The notes under the pieces were generated by a model. The model ran no database searches. It was given only the letters and a program-made list of their open reading frames with translations, and had not been told where the DNA came from. The position numbers and the translations under genes are program-made. This document shows, in pieces, positions 51,310 through 61,387 of a stretch of DNA of 64,000 bases; the stretch's first letter is position 1, and each line of letters starts with the position of its first letter. Origin of the DNA: an uncultured virus (IMG/VR IMGVR_UViG_3300008110_000249) (Duplodnaviria; Heunggongvirae; Uroviricota; Caudoviricetes); IMG/VR virus record IMGVR_UViG_3300008110_000249, one strand, 5' to 3'.

Positions 51310-51453
51310 ATGAGTAATAAAGTACATGATAATAAATCTGAAGATGAAAACAAGTCACCTAACGAAAACGGCGGGTTCTATTTTTCTTCCAGTATAAAGA
51401 TTTATGACCCCAATACTAAAGAAATTTTAGTTCAAAAAAGAGGTGATAATTAA
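51310..51453 (+). CDS. Small 47-aa protein not in the ORF track
   Basis: MSNKVHDNKSEDENKSPNENGGFYFSSSIKIYDPNTKEILVQKRGDN*. TAAATA at 51298-51303; its stop abuts the next ATG. Confidence 0.75.
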   Translation: MSNKVHDNKSEDENKSPNENGGFYFSSSIKIYDPNTKEILVQKRGDN

Positions 51454-52074
51454 ATGTCGGGCATCACTATAACATATAAAATTGAAGGCTTTTTGAAAGT
51501 CTACGACCCTAATAATGGGGAAATTTTCGTGGACAAACATAATGCTATCAACTATGAAAATATGTCGGAAGCAATTGCTGACACTTTGAGCAGTCGCGGT
51601 TACGGGGAAATTTATCAAATGGCTTTTGGTAACGGAGGTGCAAGTGTAGATGCTACTGGAGTTATAACATACCTTCCTCCTAACACAACCGGACAAAATG
51701 CAGCATTGTATAATCAAACATATGCTAAAATAGTCGATGATACCAGTGTATTTAATTTAGACCCAACACGCAATAAAATGACAGTTTCTCATACTACTGG
51801 TAAAGTGTATACTGATATATTAGTTCAATGTTTGTTGGATTACGGTGAGCCTGCAGGTCAAGGAGCATTTGATAACAGTACACAAACTGATGGTTCCTAT
51901 GTTTTTGATGAATTGGGATTATTGGCAAACTATGGCACTGATAATAACGGCGATGTAATAACTAGACTTTTAACACATGTGATCTTTCACCCAGTTCAAA
52001 AGTCACTTAACAGACAAATTCAAATTGACTACACTGTGAGAATACAGGCGTTGACTAATTTGGTAACTATATAA
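51454..52074 (+). CDS. Virion structural protein (baseplate/fibre attachment)
   Basis: MAFGNGG, FDELGL and LLTHVIFHPVQKSLNRQIQIDYTVRI motifs; GAGG RBS. Confidence 0.7.
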   Translation: MSGITITYKIEGFLKVYDPNNGEIFVDKHNAINYENMSEAIADTLSSRGYGEIYQMAFGNGGASVDATGVITYLPPNTTGQNAALYNQTYAKIVDDTSVFNLDPTRNKMTVSHTTGKVYTDILVQCLLDYGEPAGQGAFDNSTQTDGSYVFDELGLLANYGTDNNGDVITRLLTHVIFHPVQKSLNRQIQIDYTVRIQALTNLVTI

Positions 52075-52105
52075 GATAAATATAAAATAGCGGAGTAATT
52101 TAAAA

Positions 52106-53317
52106 ATGGCGTATACTATTGTTAAAAGTAATGGAACAGTATTAACTACAGTCCCAGACGGAACAATCAACACAACAGCAACATCAATTGGGTTACCGGG
52201 TAGAAATTACGCTGGTTATGGTCAAGCACTAGACACTAATTTTGTTCATCAGTTAGAAAATTTTGCTGATACTACTCCTCCACCAAATCCGTTAGCAGGT
52301 CAACTTTGGTTCGACACTAACTCTAGTACTATAAAGGTTTGTCCAGTAGATGGGGAAACTAATGCAGCAGCTTGGCTAACACTAACCTCTACTGCTTCAG
52401 GCGGAACTACTACGTTCGGTGCGGTAACTGTTACTGGCAATGTGCAAGCAAATAATCTTTCTGCGGTTAACAATATTACTGCGAATGCAGCAAGTTTTAG
52501 TTACCTAACTATATCTGCAAATGCAAACATAGCAGATGCTAATATTACTACTGCTAATATAGGAACATTAAGAACTACCGTAATAACAACTGGTGCTGCT
52601 ACAACTGCAGGCACATTAACAGGGGGATGGACTGCGAATGGTGACGTAAGTGGAAATGCTATTGTTTATAATCAAGGAAATATCTATATTAACAACTCAG
52701 GAAACACATATGGCATTAAAACGGACAAATACATGTATGCTAATGGAGATCCTATAAGTTTTGCAGGAACATACAGTAATAGTAATGTTGCCAGTTATCT
52801 TCCGGTGTATAGTGGAAATATACTAACTGTCAGGACTCAGGCTACCACTCTTACAACCGGTGCCAATACTACTCCAGGAACAATTACTGGAAATTGGACA
52901 TTATCAGCAGGATCTAAATTAAACGCCACATACGCTGACTTAGCAGAAAGATTCGCAGCAGATGATACATATGATCCTGGTACCGTAGTTGAGTTGGGAG
53001 GGGACAAAGAAATAACAGCAGTAAAATATGAATTAAGTGAAGATGTATTTGGGGTCATATCAAATACAGCGGGCTATGTTATGAATGCCGGAGCAGGATC
53101 AGACACTACACATCCAGCTGTGGCAGTATCAGGTAGAGTACAGGTAAAAGTTATAGGAAAGGTAGTTAAAGGTCAGCGTTTAGTGAGTGCTGGTAATGGA
53201 ATAGCACGTGCGGCAAAAAGTAATGAGGCTAATGCATTTAATACTATAGGCAGATCTCTTGAAAATAAAACTTCGACAGGAGAAGGTACAGTTGAAGCAA
53301 TCGTGATAATACGATAA
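52106..53317 (+). CDS. Tail fibre/spike protein with a C-terminal intramolecular-chaperone/peptidase G2-like domain
   Basis: N-terminal GRNYAGYG..NF...LENFA..PP.NPL.GQLWFD; C-terminal YADLAERF..YDPGTVV..GRVQVKV. Confidence 0.75.
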   Translation: MAYTIVKSNGTVLTTVPDGTINTTATSIGLPGRNYAGYGQALDTNFVHQLENFADTTPPPNPLAGQLWFDTNSSTIKVCPVDGETNAAAWLTLTSTASGGTTTFGAVTVTGNVQANNLSAVNNITANAASFSYLTISANANIADANITTANIGTLRTTVITTGAATTAGTLTGGWTANGDVSGNAIVYNQGNIYINNSGNTYGIKTDKYMYANGDPISFAGTYSNSNVASYLPVYSGNILTVRTQATTLTTGANTTPGTITGNWTLSAGSKLNATYADLAERFAADDTYDPGTVVELGGDKEITAVKYELSEDVFGVISNTAGYVMNAGAGSDTTHPAVAVSGRVQVKVIGKVVKGQRLVSAGNGIARAAKSNEANAFNTIGRSLENKTSTGEGTVEAIVIIR

Positions 53318-53326
53318 GGAAAAAAA

Positions 53327-54277
53327 ATGAGTTATGCACAATATGGTCTAATAGAAGCTACTGATTTCAACAATTACGTTGGTACTAGTCCAAACACATC
53401 CAGTGGTGTTTTAAACACTGTTTGGTCTGTAGGTGGAACTACTGCAGGTTATGGACAAACAGCAGTACCAACCGTCACTGTTGGTACTACTGTAACTGCC
53501 AGTGATTGGGCAAATTTAGTTACATCAACCTCAAATTCTGCATCTCATCAAGGAACTAGTATTTCAAGTGTAAGTACTCCTACTGCCGGAAACATAGTAA
53601 CATATGTATCTTCTATTTCTACAAATCTTACATCAATTTATAATAGTAGACTTAATGCAATAGCACAAGGTTCTACAACATCTAATACTGCGACGTATGC
53701 TACTACTTGGAGTTCAGCAATCACTTTCACTCATACCGCAACATTTGCTAATGGTGATGCAGCCAGATATTTCTTCAATTCTGGTGGGCAATTGGCAATA
53801 ACTTGCTCTCATCCTGGTGGCACCGGGATCAATCTATTATTAAATAATTTGGCTTCAAACATAGGCACCGTAGTACTTAGTGCTCCTAGTTCAGGTACTG
53901 CTACTATTGCTAGCACTTCATATAATGGAGTAACCAAGATAGGTGGCGGTGGAAATGCACCTACTATATCTCAAAATACAGGATATTATGCACTTACTAC
54001 TGCAAATGCTACAGTGTTTACTCAAACTGCAAGTACAGGTCCGGCAGGATACTTAAGTACGTTCATAAGAGTTATAGTAAAATCTAACGGAACTCAAGGT
54101 AGCAATGGGGATACTGGATCAGTAATAACAGTGTATACTATTTGGGATGAAGTCCCGGATGGACTAGTAGCAGCTGCCAACTCAGCAACTACATTAACCG
54201 TAAGACCTCCTGCTACTACCTATATAAGTAACACTTGGGGTGCAATAACTTTATCCGGAACCGCATCAGGTTCATAA
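53327..54277 (+). CDS. S/T/G-rich virion structural protein
   Basis: GYGQT and ARYFFNSGG motifs; AAGGA RBS; lies in the fibre cluster. Confidence 0.7.
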   Translation: MSYAQYGLIEATDFNNYVGTSPNTSSGVLNTVWSVGGTTAGYGQTAVPTVTVGTTVTASDWANLVTSTSNSASHQGTSISSVSTPTAGNIVTYVSSISTNLTSIYNSRLNAIAQGSTTSNTATYATTWSSAITFTHTATFANGDAARYFFNSGGQLAITCSHPGGTGINLLLNNLASNIGTVVLSAPSSGTATIASTSYNGVTKIGGGGNAPTISQNTGYYALTTANATVFTQTASTGPAGYLSTFIRVIVKSNGTQGSNGDTGSVITVYTIWDEVPDGLVAAANSATTLTVRPPATTYISNTWGAITLSGTASGS

Positions 54278-54325
54278 TTTTTTTTAATTAACTAACTATA
54301 TCCATCTAAATACTCGCAAGGAGTA

Positions 54326-54634
54326 ATGATGGATACAAAAATATTAATTAATGAGGCACGGGCCAGATTTAATCATAATGCAGCAAGAGCCTATCTTAAA
54401 GAAAAATACGAAATTCGTCTTATTTTAGCAGATCAGGGCGGCCTTTGGAAGGTAAACCTTGAAACAATTAATTTTTTAAATAGTATAACAACAGATGATG
54501 CAATTCTTTTAGATACTTTTGAAAATCCTATAAAAGTGGATAGAAAAGATCTATTAACTAAATTAATAGAAATATATGATAAAGTCATGCAAGAGTGGCA
54601 TGAAGAATGGACTGAGTTAGAGAAAAAAAGATGA
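54326..54634 (+). CDS. Hypothetical protein, first gene of the late glycosyltransferase/radical-SAM operon
   Basis: TAAATA at 54307-54312, AAGGAG RBS, and ATGA overlap with the next gene. Confidence 0.75.
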   Translation: MMDTKILINEARARFNHNAARAYLKEKYEIRLILADQGGLWKVNLETINFLNSITTDDAILLDTFENPIKVDRKDLLTKLIEIYDKVMQEWHEEWTELEKKR

Positions 54635-55434
54635 GCAAAGGCGCATTACTTTTTGCATTTAATTCTGAAAGTTTCAATTATTATAATATGGCAGAATTTG
54701 CTGCTAAAAGAATAAATCACTATTTAGATTTACCTGTTACTATAGTTACTGATGAAAATAGTATACCAAATAAAATAATATATAATTTTGATAAAATCAT
54801 ATTAGTTGAACCCGATAAAAGTAATATAAGAGAAAACAAAATATGGATTAATAAGGGAAGATATCAAGCATTTGACTTGACTCCTTATGATGAAACTATA
54901 GTATTAGATACTGATTATGTAGTAAACAGTAATTCCTTATTAAAAACTTTTGACACATATATTGATTTTTGTTGCCATGATACTACATCATTTTTTATGT
55001 ATCCAAAAGCTCCTCAGGAAATATTAAGTTCGTATAGTTTTAAAACATTATGGGCTACCGTGATGACTTTTAAAAAAACTAAAAGAACTAAACATATTTT
55101 TGAATGTTTAGAAATGGTTCAAAAAAATTATTCTCATTACGCTAATATTCATAGTTTCATAACTAATGTGTATAGAAATGACTATGCACTGACACTTGCA
55201 TTACGAATTGCCAATGGTCATATTTTATCTGCTACCGATATAATTCCGTGGAATTTATTACATGTAGGAAAAAATACTAAGGTATATGCAAATAGTGGCA
55301 CAGAATTCAATAACGAATATACAGTGTTATTTGATAATTGGCAACGAGGAAAAATTAAGAAAGAATATATAACAATCAAAGATATAGATTTTCACGTAAT
55401 GTCTAAAGAAAACTTTGTGGAGTTGATAAATTGA
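54631..55434 (+). CDS. GT-A fold glycosyltransferase-like protein
   Basis: TPYDETIVLDTD (DxD), WATV and RND motifs. Confidence 0.7.
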   Translation: MSKGALLFAFNSESFNYYNMAEFAAKRINHYLDLPVTIVTDENSIPNKIIYNFDKIILVEPDKSNIRENKIWINKGRYQAFDLTPYDETIVLDTDYVVNSNSLLKTFDTYIDFCCHDTTSFFMYPKAPQEILSSYSFKTLWATVMTFKKTKRTKHIFECLEMVQKNYSHYANIHSFITNVYRNDYALTLALRIANGHILSATDIIPWNLLHVGKNTKVYANSGTEFNNEYTVLFDNWQRGKIKKEYITIKDIDFHVMSKENFVELIN

Positions 55435-56237
55435 ATAAAGGATTTGTCATAATTGCACAAGATGTGCATAATTCTACTGTATATCAGGATTGTGCATATG
55501 CGTTAGCACTAAGTATTAGAAAATCTATGCCCGAAGCAAAAATTTCTATAATTACTGATAACGAAATAAAAAACAATGAAATATATGATAGTATTATTTC
55601 TCTACCATATGGTGATCAAGACTTAAATGGAAATTGGAAACTAATCAATGATTGGCAAGTATATGATGCTAGTCCTTATGAATATACTATAAAGTTAGAA
55701 GCGGATCTATATATTCCTAGATCAATAGAACATTGGTGGGAAGTGTTAAAATACAGAGATTTAGTTATATCTACTACAATACGCGACTTTAAACAAGAAA
55801 TTTCGTATAGTAGAGCCTATCGTAAATTTATTGATGATAATAAATTACCCAATACATATAATGCAATCACTTATTTCAGAAAATCAACTACGGCAAAAAA
55901 GTTTTTTGATATAGTAAAAAATATATTTGAAAATTGGTCTGAATTTAGAGCGTTACTAAAGTGTAATCCATATGAAGAGGTCACTACTGATTGGGTGTAC
56001 GCAATTGCTGCTCATATTATAGGTAAAGAGAATTGTACATTACCTAATTTTACAGAAATGAGTATGGTTCATATGAAGAGATTAATTAATCATTTACCTA
56101 CTGAAGATTGGACTGACACTCTGATTTATGAAATTCTACCGCATACGTTGAGGATAAATTCATGTCCACAACATTATCCATTTCATTATCATATAAAACA
56201 TTTTTCTAATAAAATAACGAATTCATATGGACAATAA
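55431..56237 (+). CDS. GT-A fold glycosyltransferase-like protein, paralogue of the upstream gene
   Basis: SPYEYTIKLEAD (ExD variant), YFRKS, VHMK and PFHYH; TTG start overlapping the upstream stop. Confidence 0.7.
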   Translation: MNKGFVIIAQDVHNSTVYQDCAYALALSIRKSMPEAKISIITDNEIKNNEIYDSIISLPYGDQDLNGNWKLINDWQVYDASPYEYTIKLEADLYIPRSIEHWWEVLKYRDLVISTTIRDFKQEISYSRAYRKFIDDNKLPNTYNAITYFRKSTTAKKFFDIVKNIFENWSEFRALLKCNPYEEVTTDWVYAIAAHIIGKENCTLPNFTEMSMVHMKRLINHLPTEDWTDTLIYEILPHTLRINSCPQHYPFHYHIKHFSNKITNSYGQ

Positions 56238-56574
56238 AGAAGATAATTTTATTGCTTGGGAAGCACCTGAGATAATCGCTCCTGAGTTTCGATTATACTA
56301 TGAAAAGGATACTGGAAAAGTTATTTGTTATACATGTGAAAAACCTGAAGGTTCTTACATCATAATTGATGCTAATACGTATGCTCAAGCCAGACCCGAT
56401 GTTCGCATAATAGACGGAAAAATTTCTACAGTGCAAACACATTTTGTGGTTTCTAAACTGATGCCTACTGCTTCACTAGAAGGTCAACTATGCGAAGATG
56501 CTGATGTAAGTGTGATCAGCACAGATGACGAAGGTACCATCAAATGGAAATTGAATACATATGAACTCAAGTGA
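56227..56574 (+). CDS. Hypothetical protein
   Basis: ORF overlapping both neighbours in the operon. Confidence 0.7.
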   Translation: MDNKEDNFIAWEAPEIIAPEFRLYYEKDTGKVICYTCEKPEGSYIIIDANTYAQARPDVRIIDGKISTVQTHFVVSKLMPTASLEGQLCEDADVSVISTDDEGTIKWKLNTYELK

Positions 56575-57514
56575 TATTATTGATATTGCTGATTTGGATA
56601 TCGTATATCTGAGTTATGACGAACCACAGAAAGAAGAATTTTGGCTTAAGATCAAGAATATGGTACCATGGGCTAAAAGAGTTGACGGTGTAAAGGGCAG
56701 TGATGCTGCACATAAAGCGGCCGGCGAAATAAGCGATACAGAAAGATTTATTCTTATTGACGGCGATAATATGCCAACCGAAAGTTTCTTTAACCTGCAA
56801 CTAGATTTTAGCAATAAGGACCCTAAATATAAACTAGCGCAATTTCGTTGGAAAGCGGTCAATGCAGTTAATGGATTGCGTTATGGAAATGGTGGAATGA
56901 GCAGTTGGACAAAAACATATGTTGCTAATATGAAAACTCACGAGGCACAAAAAGACGGAGATGCAACTAGGATTGCTGATTTTTGTCTAGATAGTGCTGA
57001 TAATTTATATTGGGCAATGCATGATTGCTATTCAACGACATATCCAAACTTTACTCCTTTTCAAGCATGGCGTGCAGGATTCCGTGAAGGTGTTAAAATG
57101 TGTTTGAATAGCGGTGAAGTCCCTAGTGTAGAAGAATTTAAACAAACAGTAGCAAGTAGAAACCTCAATAATTTGACCATATGGCATAATGTGGGCAGCG
57201 ATGTAGATCAAGGTTTGTGGGCAATATATGGAGCAAGACTGGGGACATATATGACATTATTAACTGATTGGAATGCACATAATGTTCAATGGTTTGATAA
57301 TTATATAAGTATGTGGGAAGAGCATAAATTTAGAGACCCATTAGATCAAATAGATCAATTAGGTGAGTGCCTATCTGATAAATTAAGTTTGCCTATGTGT
57401 ATGTTAAATCCTGAGCAAAGTAAATTTTTTAAACGTCACTACGGTTCTAATTTTCATAATTTGGGACCATTAATTACAGAGATGGAAATTATTCGAGGCC
57501 TTGAAGGTTGGTAA
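56561..57514 (+). CDS. GT-A (family-2-like) glycosyltransferase
   Basis: LSYDEP, RVDGVKGSDAAHKAA, ILIDGDN (DxD) and QAWRAGFREGVK. Confidence 0.7.
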   Translation: MNSSDIIDIADLDIVYLSYDEPQKEEFWLKIKNMVPWAKRVDGVKGSDAAHKAAGEISDTERFILIDGDNMPTESFFNLQLDFSNKDPKYKLAQFRWKAVNAVNGLRYGNGGMSSWTKTYVANMKTHEAQKDGDATRIADFCLDSADNLYWAMHDCYSTTYPNFTPFQAWRAGFREGVKMCLNSGEVPSVEEFKQTVASRNLNNLTIWHNVGSDVDQGLWAIYGARLGTYMTLLTDWNAHNVQWFDNYISMWEEHKFRDPLDQIDQLGECLSDKLSLPMCMLNPEQSKFFKRHYGSNFHNLGPLITEMEIIRGLEGW

Positions 57515-58920
57515 TGAGTGAGAATCACGAACAAAAAAGAATCAAAGAAATAAAAATCAGGATTGAAAATGAAGTAGGTCCTACTTTTTGTTTAGCCAAA
57601 TGGCACCATGTAACAATGTACTTGCAAAGTGGTGAGACACACAGTTGCTATCACCCACAACCTCATAAAATCCCACTAGAAGAACTTTATGATAATCCTA
57701 GTGCATTGCACAACACGCAGCAGAAAAAAGAAGAACGAAAACTAATGCTAGATGGTGGTAAACCTACTGGCTGTCAATATTGCTGGAACATTGAAGCAAT
57801 GGGTCCTGATTATATCAGTGATAGACATATTCGTAACGGTAGTATCTTTACAGAAGAAAGATACGAACAGACTGCCATGGGCGCATGGAATCAAAACATC
57901 AATCCAGAGTATATAGAAATTAACTTCGGTAATGAATGTAATTTCAAATGTGGCTATTGCCACCCAAAATATTCAACTAGTTTTTATAAAGAAATTAAAG
58001 ACAATGGTCCTGTAACTACAGTTAAGAATCATCGTTGCGATATTGATTGGATGAGATTGTATCAGCGGGAGGATGAGAATCCGTATGTTGATGCATTTTG
58101 GGAGTGGTGGCCTGAAATGCGTAAGACACTGAACATCATACGCATCACCGGCGGAGAGCCTACATTACATCGTAGTACTTGGCGTTTCTTAGATCAAGTT
58201 GAACAGGATCCTATGCCATGGTTAGAAATTAACATTAATAGTAATCTAGGAACAAAGAATGTATTAATTGAAAGACTTGCTAATAAAGTTAAAAAGTTAA
58301 CAGATGAAAATAAGATCAGAACTTTTAAACTTTTTACTAGTTTGGATACATGGGGTCCTAAAGCAGAATATATTCGCACTGGACTTGATTTAGAAGTATG
58401 GGAAAAGAATTTTCACACATACTTGCAAAATACAAACAGTCCTATTACTTTCATGATTACATTCAATATTTTCAGTGTAACTACATTTAAGAGTTTCTTA
58501 GAAAAATTTATAGAATGGCGTAAAATATATGGCTGGTATGATGATCCAGTTAACCCCCAGCACCGCATACGATTTGATACTCCTTATTTGCGAGATCCAA
58601 TCCAATATGATATGAATATTCTTCCTAAAGAAGAATTCATGCCTTACATGTACGAAGCATTAACCTTCATGAGAGAAAATGTTAATGATAAAAGATCAGA
58701 CGCATTTTCTTCAATTGAGTATGAAAAATTTAAGCGTGTAGTTGATTACATGGCAGAAACAGTTTATCCTGAAGAAAAACTTATAGAAGGTCGTAGAGAT
58801 TTTTACAATTGGTTTAATGAATTGGATGAGCGCCGTGAAACAGATATGTTATCTGTGTTTCCAGAAATGTTAGGATTTTATAGATTATGTCAAGAAACGA
58901 ATCATCTAAACCCGTTCTAA
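57514..58920 (+). CDS. Radical SAM enzyme 1 with an N-terminal SPASM/twitch-like Cys domain
   Basis: CNFKCGYC and GGEP; N-terminal FCLAKW..SCYH..CQYC. Start at the TAATG overlap, 57514. Confidence 0.9.
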   Translation: MSENHEQKRIKEIKIRIENEVGPTFCLAKWHHVTMYLQSGETHSCYHPQPHKIPLEELYDNPSALHNTQQKKEERKLMLDGGKPTGCQYCWNIEAMGPDYISDRHIRNGSIFTEERYEQTAMGAWNQNINPEYIEINFGNECNFKCGYCHPKYSTSFYKEIKDNGPVTTVKNHRCDIDWMRLYQREDENPYVDAFWEWWPEMRKTLNIIRITGGEPTLHRSTWRFLDQVEQDPMPWLEININSNLGTKNVLIERLANKVKKLTDENKIRTFKLFTSLDTWGPKAEYIRTGLDLEVWEKNFHTYLQNTNSPITFMITFNIFSVTTFKSFLEKFIEWRKIYGWYDDPVNPQHRIRFDTPYLRDPIQYDMNILPKEEFMPYMYEALTFMRENVNDKRSDAFSSIEYEKFKRVVDYMAETVYPEEKLIEGRRDFYNWFNELDERRETDMLSVFPEMLGFYRLCQETNHLNPF

Positions 58921-60158
58921 ATTTAGACAAAGAATTTAATTTAACAGAAAGTAAATCTTTTTGCATTCTGCCATGGATCCATGTACATTCTTCTCCTCGT
59001 GGAAATAGTGGGCCATGCTGTATTTCAAAATCATGTGCCTCTGAAAACGGTATGGGAAATACTAAAACTAAATCTATATATGAAATAGTAAATTCTCCTG
59101 AAATGAACAAACTTAGATTGGATATGTTGTCTAATGTTTTGAATGAAGAATGTATGGTTTGTCATATGCATGAACAACAACTAGCAAGAAGTTCTAGACA
59201 ACAAAAAAATAAAATATTATCAGAATTTTATGATGAGTCTATTAGAAATACAAATTCAGATGGATCCTTGCAAGAATTCAAAATGAGATATTTTGATATA
59301 CGTATCAGTAATATTTGTAATTTTAAGTGTAGGACTTGCAATTCAGTGTTTAGCAGTCAATGGGAACAAGAAGATTTAAAAAATATTGATAATGCAGTAG
59401 TTTTTACAAAAAATAATAATAGATTATTAAATGAAATTCTACATCAAGTGCCTAATATAAAAGAGGCATATTTTGCAGGCGGAGAACCTCTCATTACTGA
59501 TGAACACTATATAATATTAGAAGAAATGATAAGGTTAGATGTGGCTAAAGAAATTACTCTAAGTTACAACACTAACGCTAGTGCTTTAAAATATAAAAAT
59601 AAAGATTTAATTTCACTATGGAAGTATTTTAGTAAAGGAGTAAAGGTTTCTGCTAGTATAGATCATTATGGAGAAAGAGCAGAATACATTAGACATGGTA
59701 CGGACTGGGGAAAAGTAGAAAGCAATATAAAAATATTACGTAGCATTCCTAATATAGAATTTAATATGAATACTGTTCTTAGTGTATTCAATTGCCTTAC
59801 CCTAAGTGATTTTTATGAATATTTAATTAAAAATAATCTCTATAATTCTAAGAATAGAATTTATTCAATTTATAATATGATTTCTCCTGATTATCTGTCC
59901 TGTCATATTTTACCTAAAGAATACAAAACAAAAAGCCTTAATGATTTAAATAAAACTAAATTTTTATTAATGAAAAATGGCTTCACTGGCGAAAAATTAT
60001 CCCCTATAGAAAATTCGATAAATTGGGTAAACTTATATGATACATGGGATAGTCAAAAAGAACTATTTAAAAAAGAGATTAATCGAATCGACGCCATACG
60101 TAATGAAGATTTTAAAAAAACTTTTCCAGAACTAGAAAAACTATTGGACATCGAATGA
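58887..60158 (+). CDS. Radical SAM enzyme 2 with an N-terminal SPASM/twitch-like domain
   Basis: CNFKCRTC, FAGGEP and FCILPW..PCC..CMVC. Confidence 0.9.
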   Translation: MSRNESSKPVLNLDKEFNLTESKSFCILPWIHVHSSPRGNSGPCCISKSCASENGMGNTKTKSIYEIVNSPEMNKLRLDMLSNVLNEECMVCHMHEQQLARSSRQQKNKILSEFYDESIRNTNSDGSLQEFKMRYFDIRISNICNFKCRTCNSVFSSQWEQEDLKNIDNAVVFTKNNNRLLNEILHQVPNIKEAYFAGGEPLITDEHYIILEEMIRLDVAKEITLSYNTNASALKYKNKDLISLWKYFSKGVKVSASIDHYGERAEYIRHGTDWGKVESNIKILRSIPNIEFNMNTVLSVFNCLTLSDFYEYLIKNNLYNSKNRIYSIYNMISPDYLSCHILPKEYKTKSLNDLNKTKFLLMKNGFTGEKLSPIENSINWVNLYDTWDSQKELFKKEINRIDAIRNEDFKKTFPELEKLLDIE

Positions 60159-61384
60159 ATAAAGAATATTTACTGAAAGATAGTAAAACTTTTTGTATGT
60201 TTCCATGGATACATTTAAATGTAACACCCAAAGGAGATATATATCCTTGTTGCAGTAATGACTATACAAATCCATATGGTAATACAAAAGAAGTTACATT
60301 AGAACAAGCATTTAATAGTCCTAAGATGAAACAATTAAGATTAGATATGCTTAGTGAAAAGAAAAATGAAATGTGTAATTTTTGCTATAAACATGAAGAA
60401 GCAGGTCCGCACAGTTTTAGAAATTATAGCAAGGAGCATTTTAGCAAACATTTTGACGAAATAGTTCCTACTACACAATCGGATGGTACAGTAGAAGAAT
60501 TCCGCATGCGCTACTTTGATATAAGATTTAGTAATATTTGTAATTTCAAATGTAGAACCTGTGGGAGTGAATTTAGTAGTCAATGGGGTCTAGAAATGAA
60601 CAAAAATTATGACCCAAAGCATCCTATATTAATCCATGCTGATAGTAATACCGGAAAATTATTAGAAGAAGTATTAGAACATATAGAGTATATAGATTTG
60701 GCATACTTTGCCGGTGGAGAACCGTTAATTACAGAAGAGCATTATTTAATATTAGAAGAAATGATTCGCAAAGGACGAACTGATATTACATTGCGATATA
60801 ATACGAATGCAAGTAATATAAAATATAAGAATCATGATGTACTTGACTTATGGAAGCATTTTAAAAGAATTGAATTAAGTTGCAGTGTAGATCACTATGG
60901 CGAACGAGCAGAAATGTTGCGTAGTGGAACAGACTGGGGAAAAGTAGAAAGTAATCTACTAACATTTCGAGATTTAGATTATGTTATCTTTCAAATGAAC
61001 ACTGTATTTTCTATATTCAATTATCTTACTATTGGTGAGTTTTATCAATATCTACAAGATAAAAACATAGTTCGCAGAGAAGATTGGTATCATAGTTTAT
61101 ATCTCGCTGTGCATCCAATGTATTATAGTGCTAAAAGTTTACCCAAATCATTAAAGCCATTAGCACAAGAAAAGGCCTTGGCTTGGGCAGATAAGAATGA
61201 TAGCAATGGAACTTGTTTATCTAGGTTAGTACGTGATGCTGTTAACTTTGCAAATGACGGTGATACTTGGAGTGAAGTTAAAACTAAGTTTTTAGGACAT
61301 ACCAAATCATTAGACAGGATACGAAATGAAAGTTTTTGGAAAGTGTTTCCTGAATTAAATAGTTTATCTGAATTGATGGAGTAA
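60155..61384 (+). CDS. Radical SAM enzyme 3 with an N-terminal SPASM/twitch-like domain
   Basis: CNFKCRTC, FAGGEP and FCMFPW..PCC..CNFC. Confidence 0.9.
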   Translation: MNKEYLLKDSKTFCMFPWIHLNVTPKGDIYPCCSNDYTNPYGNTKEVTLEQAFNSPKMKQLRLDMLSEKKNEMCNFCYKHEEAGPHSFRNYSKEHFSKHFDEIVPTTQSDGTVEEFRMRYFDIRFSNICNFKCRTCGSEFSSQWGLEMNKNYDPKHPILIHADSNTGKLLEEVLEHIEYIDLAYFAGGEPLITEEHYLILEEMIRKGRTDITLRYNTNASNIKYKNHDVLDLWKHFKRIELSCSVDHYGERAEMLRSGTDWGKVESNLLTFRDLDYVIFQMNTVFSIFNYLTIGEFYQYLQDKNIVRREDWYHSLYLAVHPMYYSAKSLPKSLKPLAQEKALAWADKNDSNGTCLSRLVRDAVNFANDGDTWSEVKTKFLGHTKSLDRIRNESFWKVFPELNSLSELME

Positions 61385-61387
61385 TTA

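Noticed and set aside
52106..54277. Diversity-generating retroelement or invertible fibre cassette
   Set aside because: No reverse transcriptase, recombinase, TR/VR pair or flanking inverted repeats were seen in the window.
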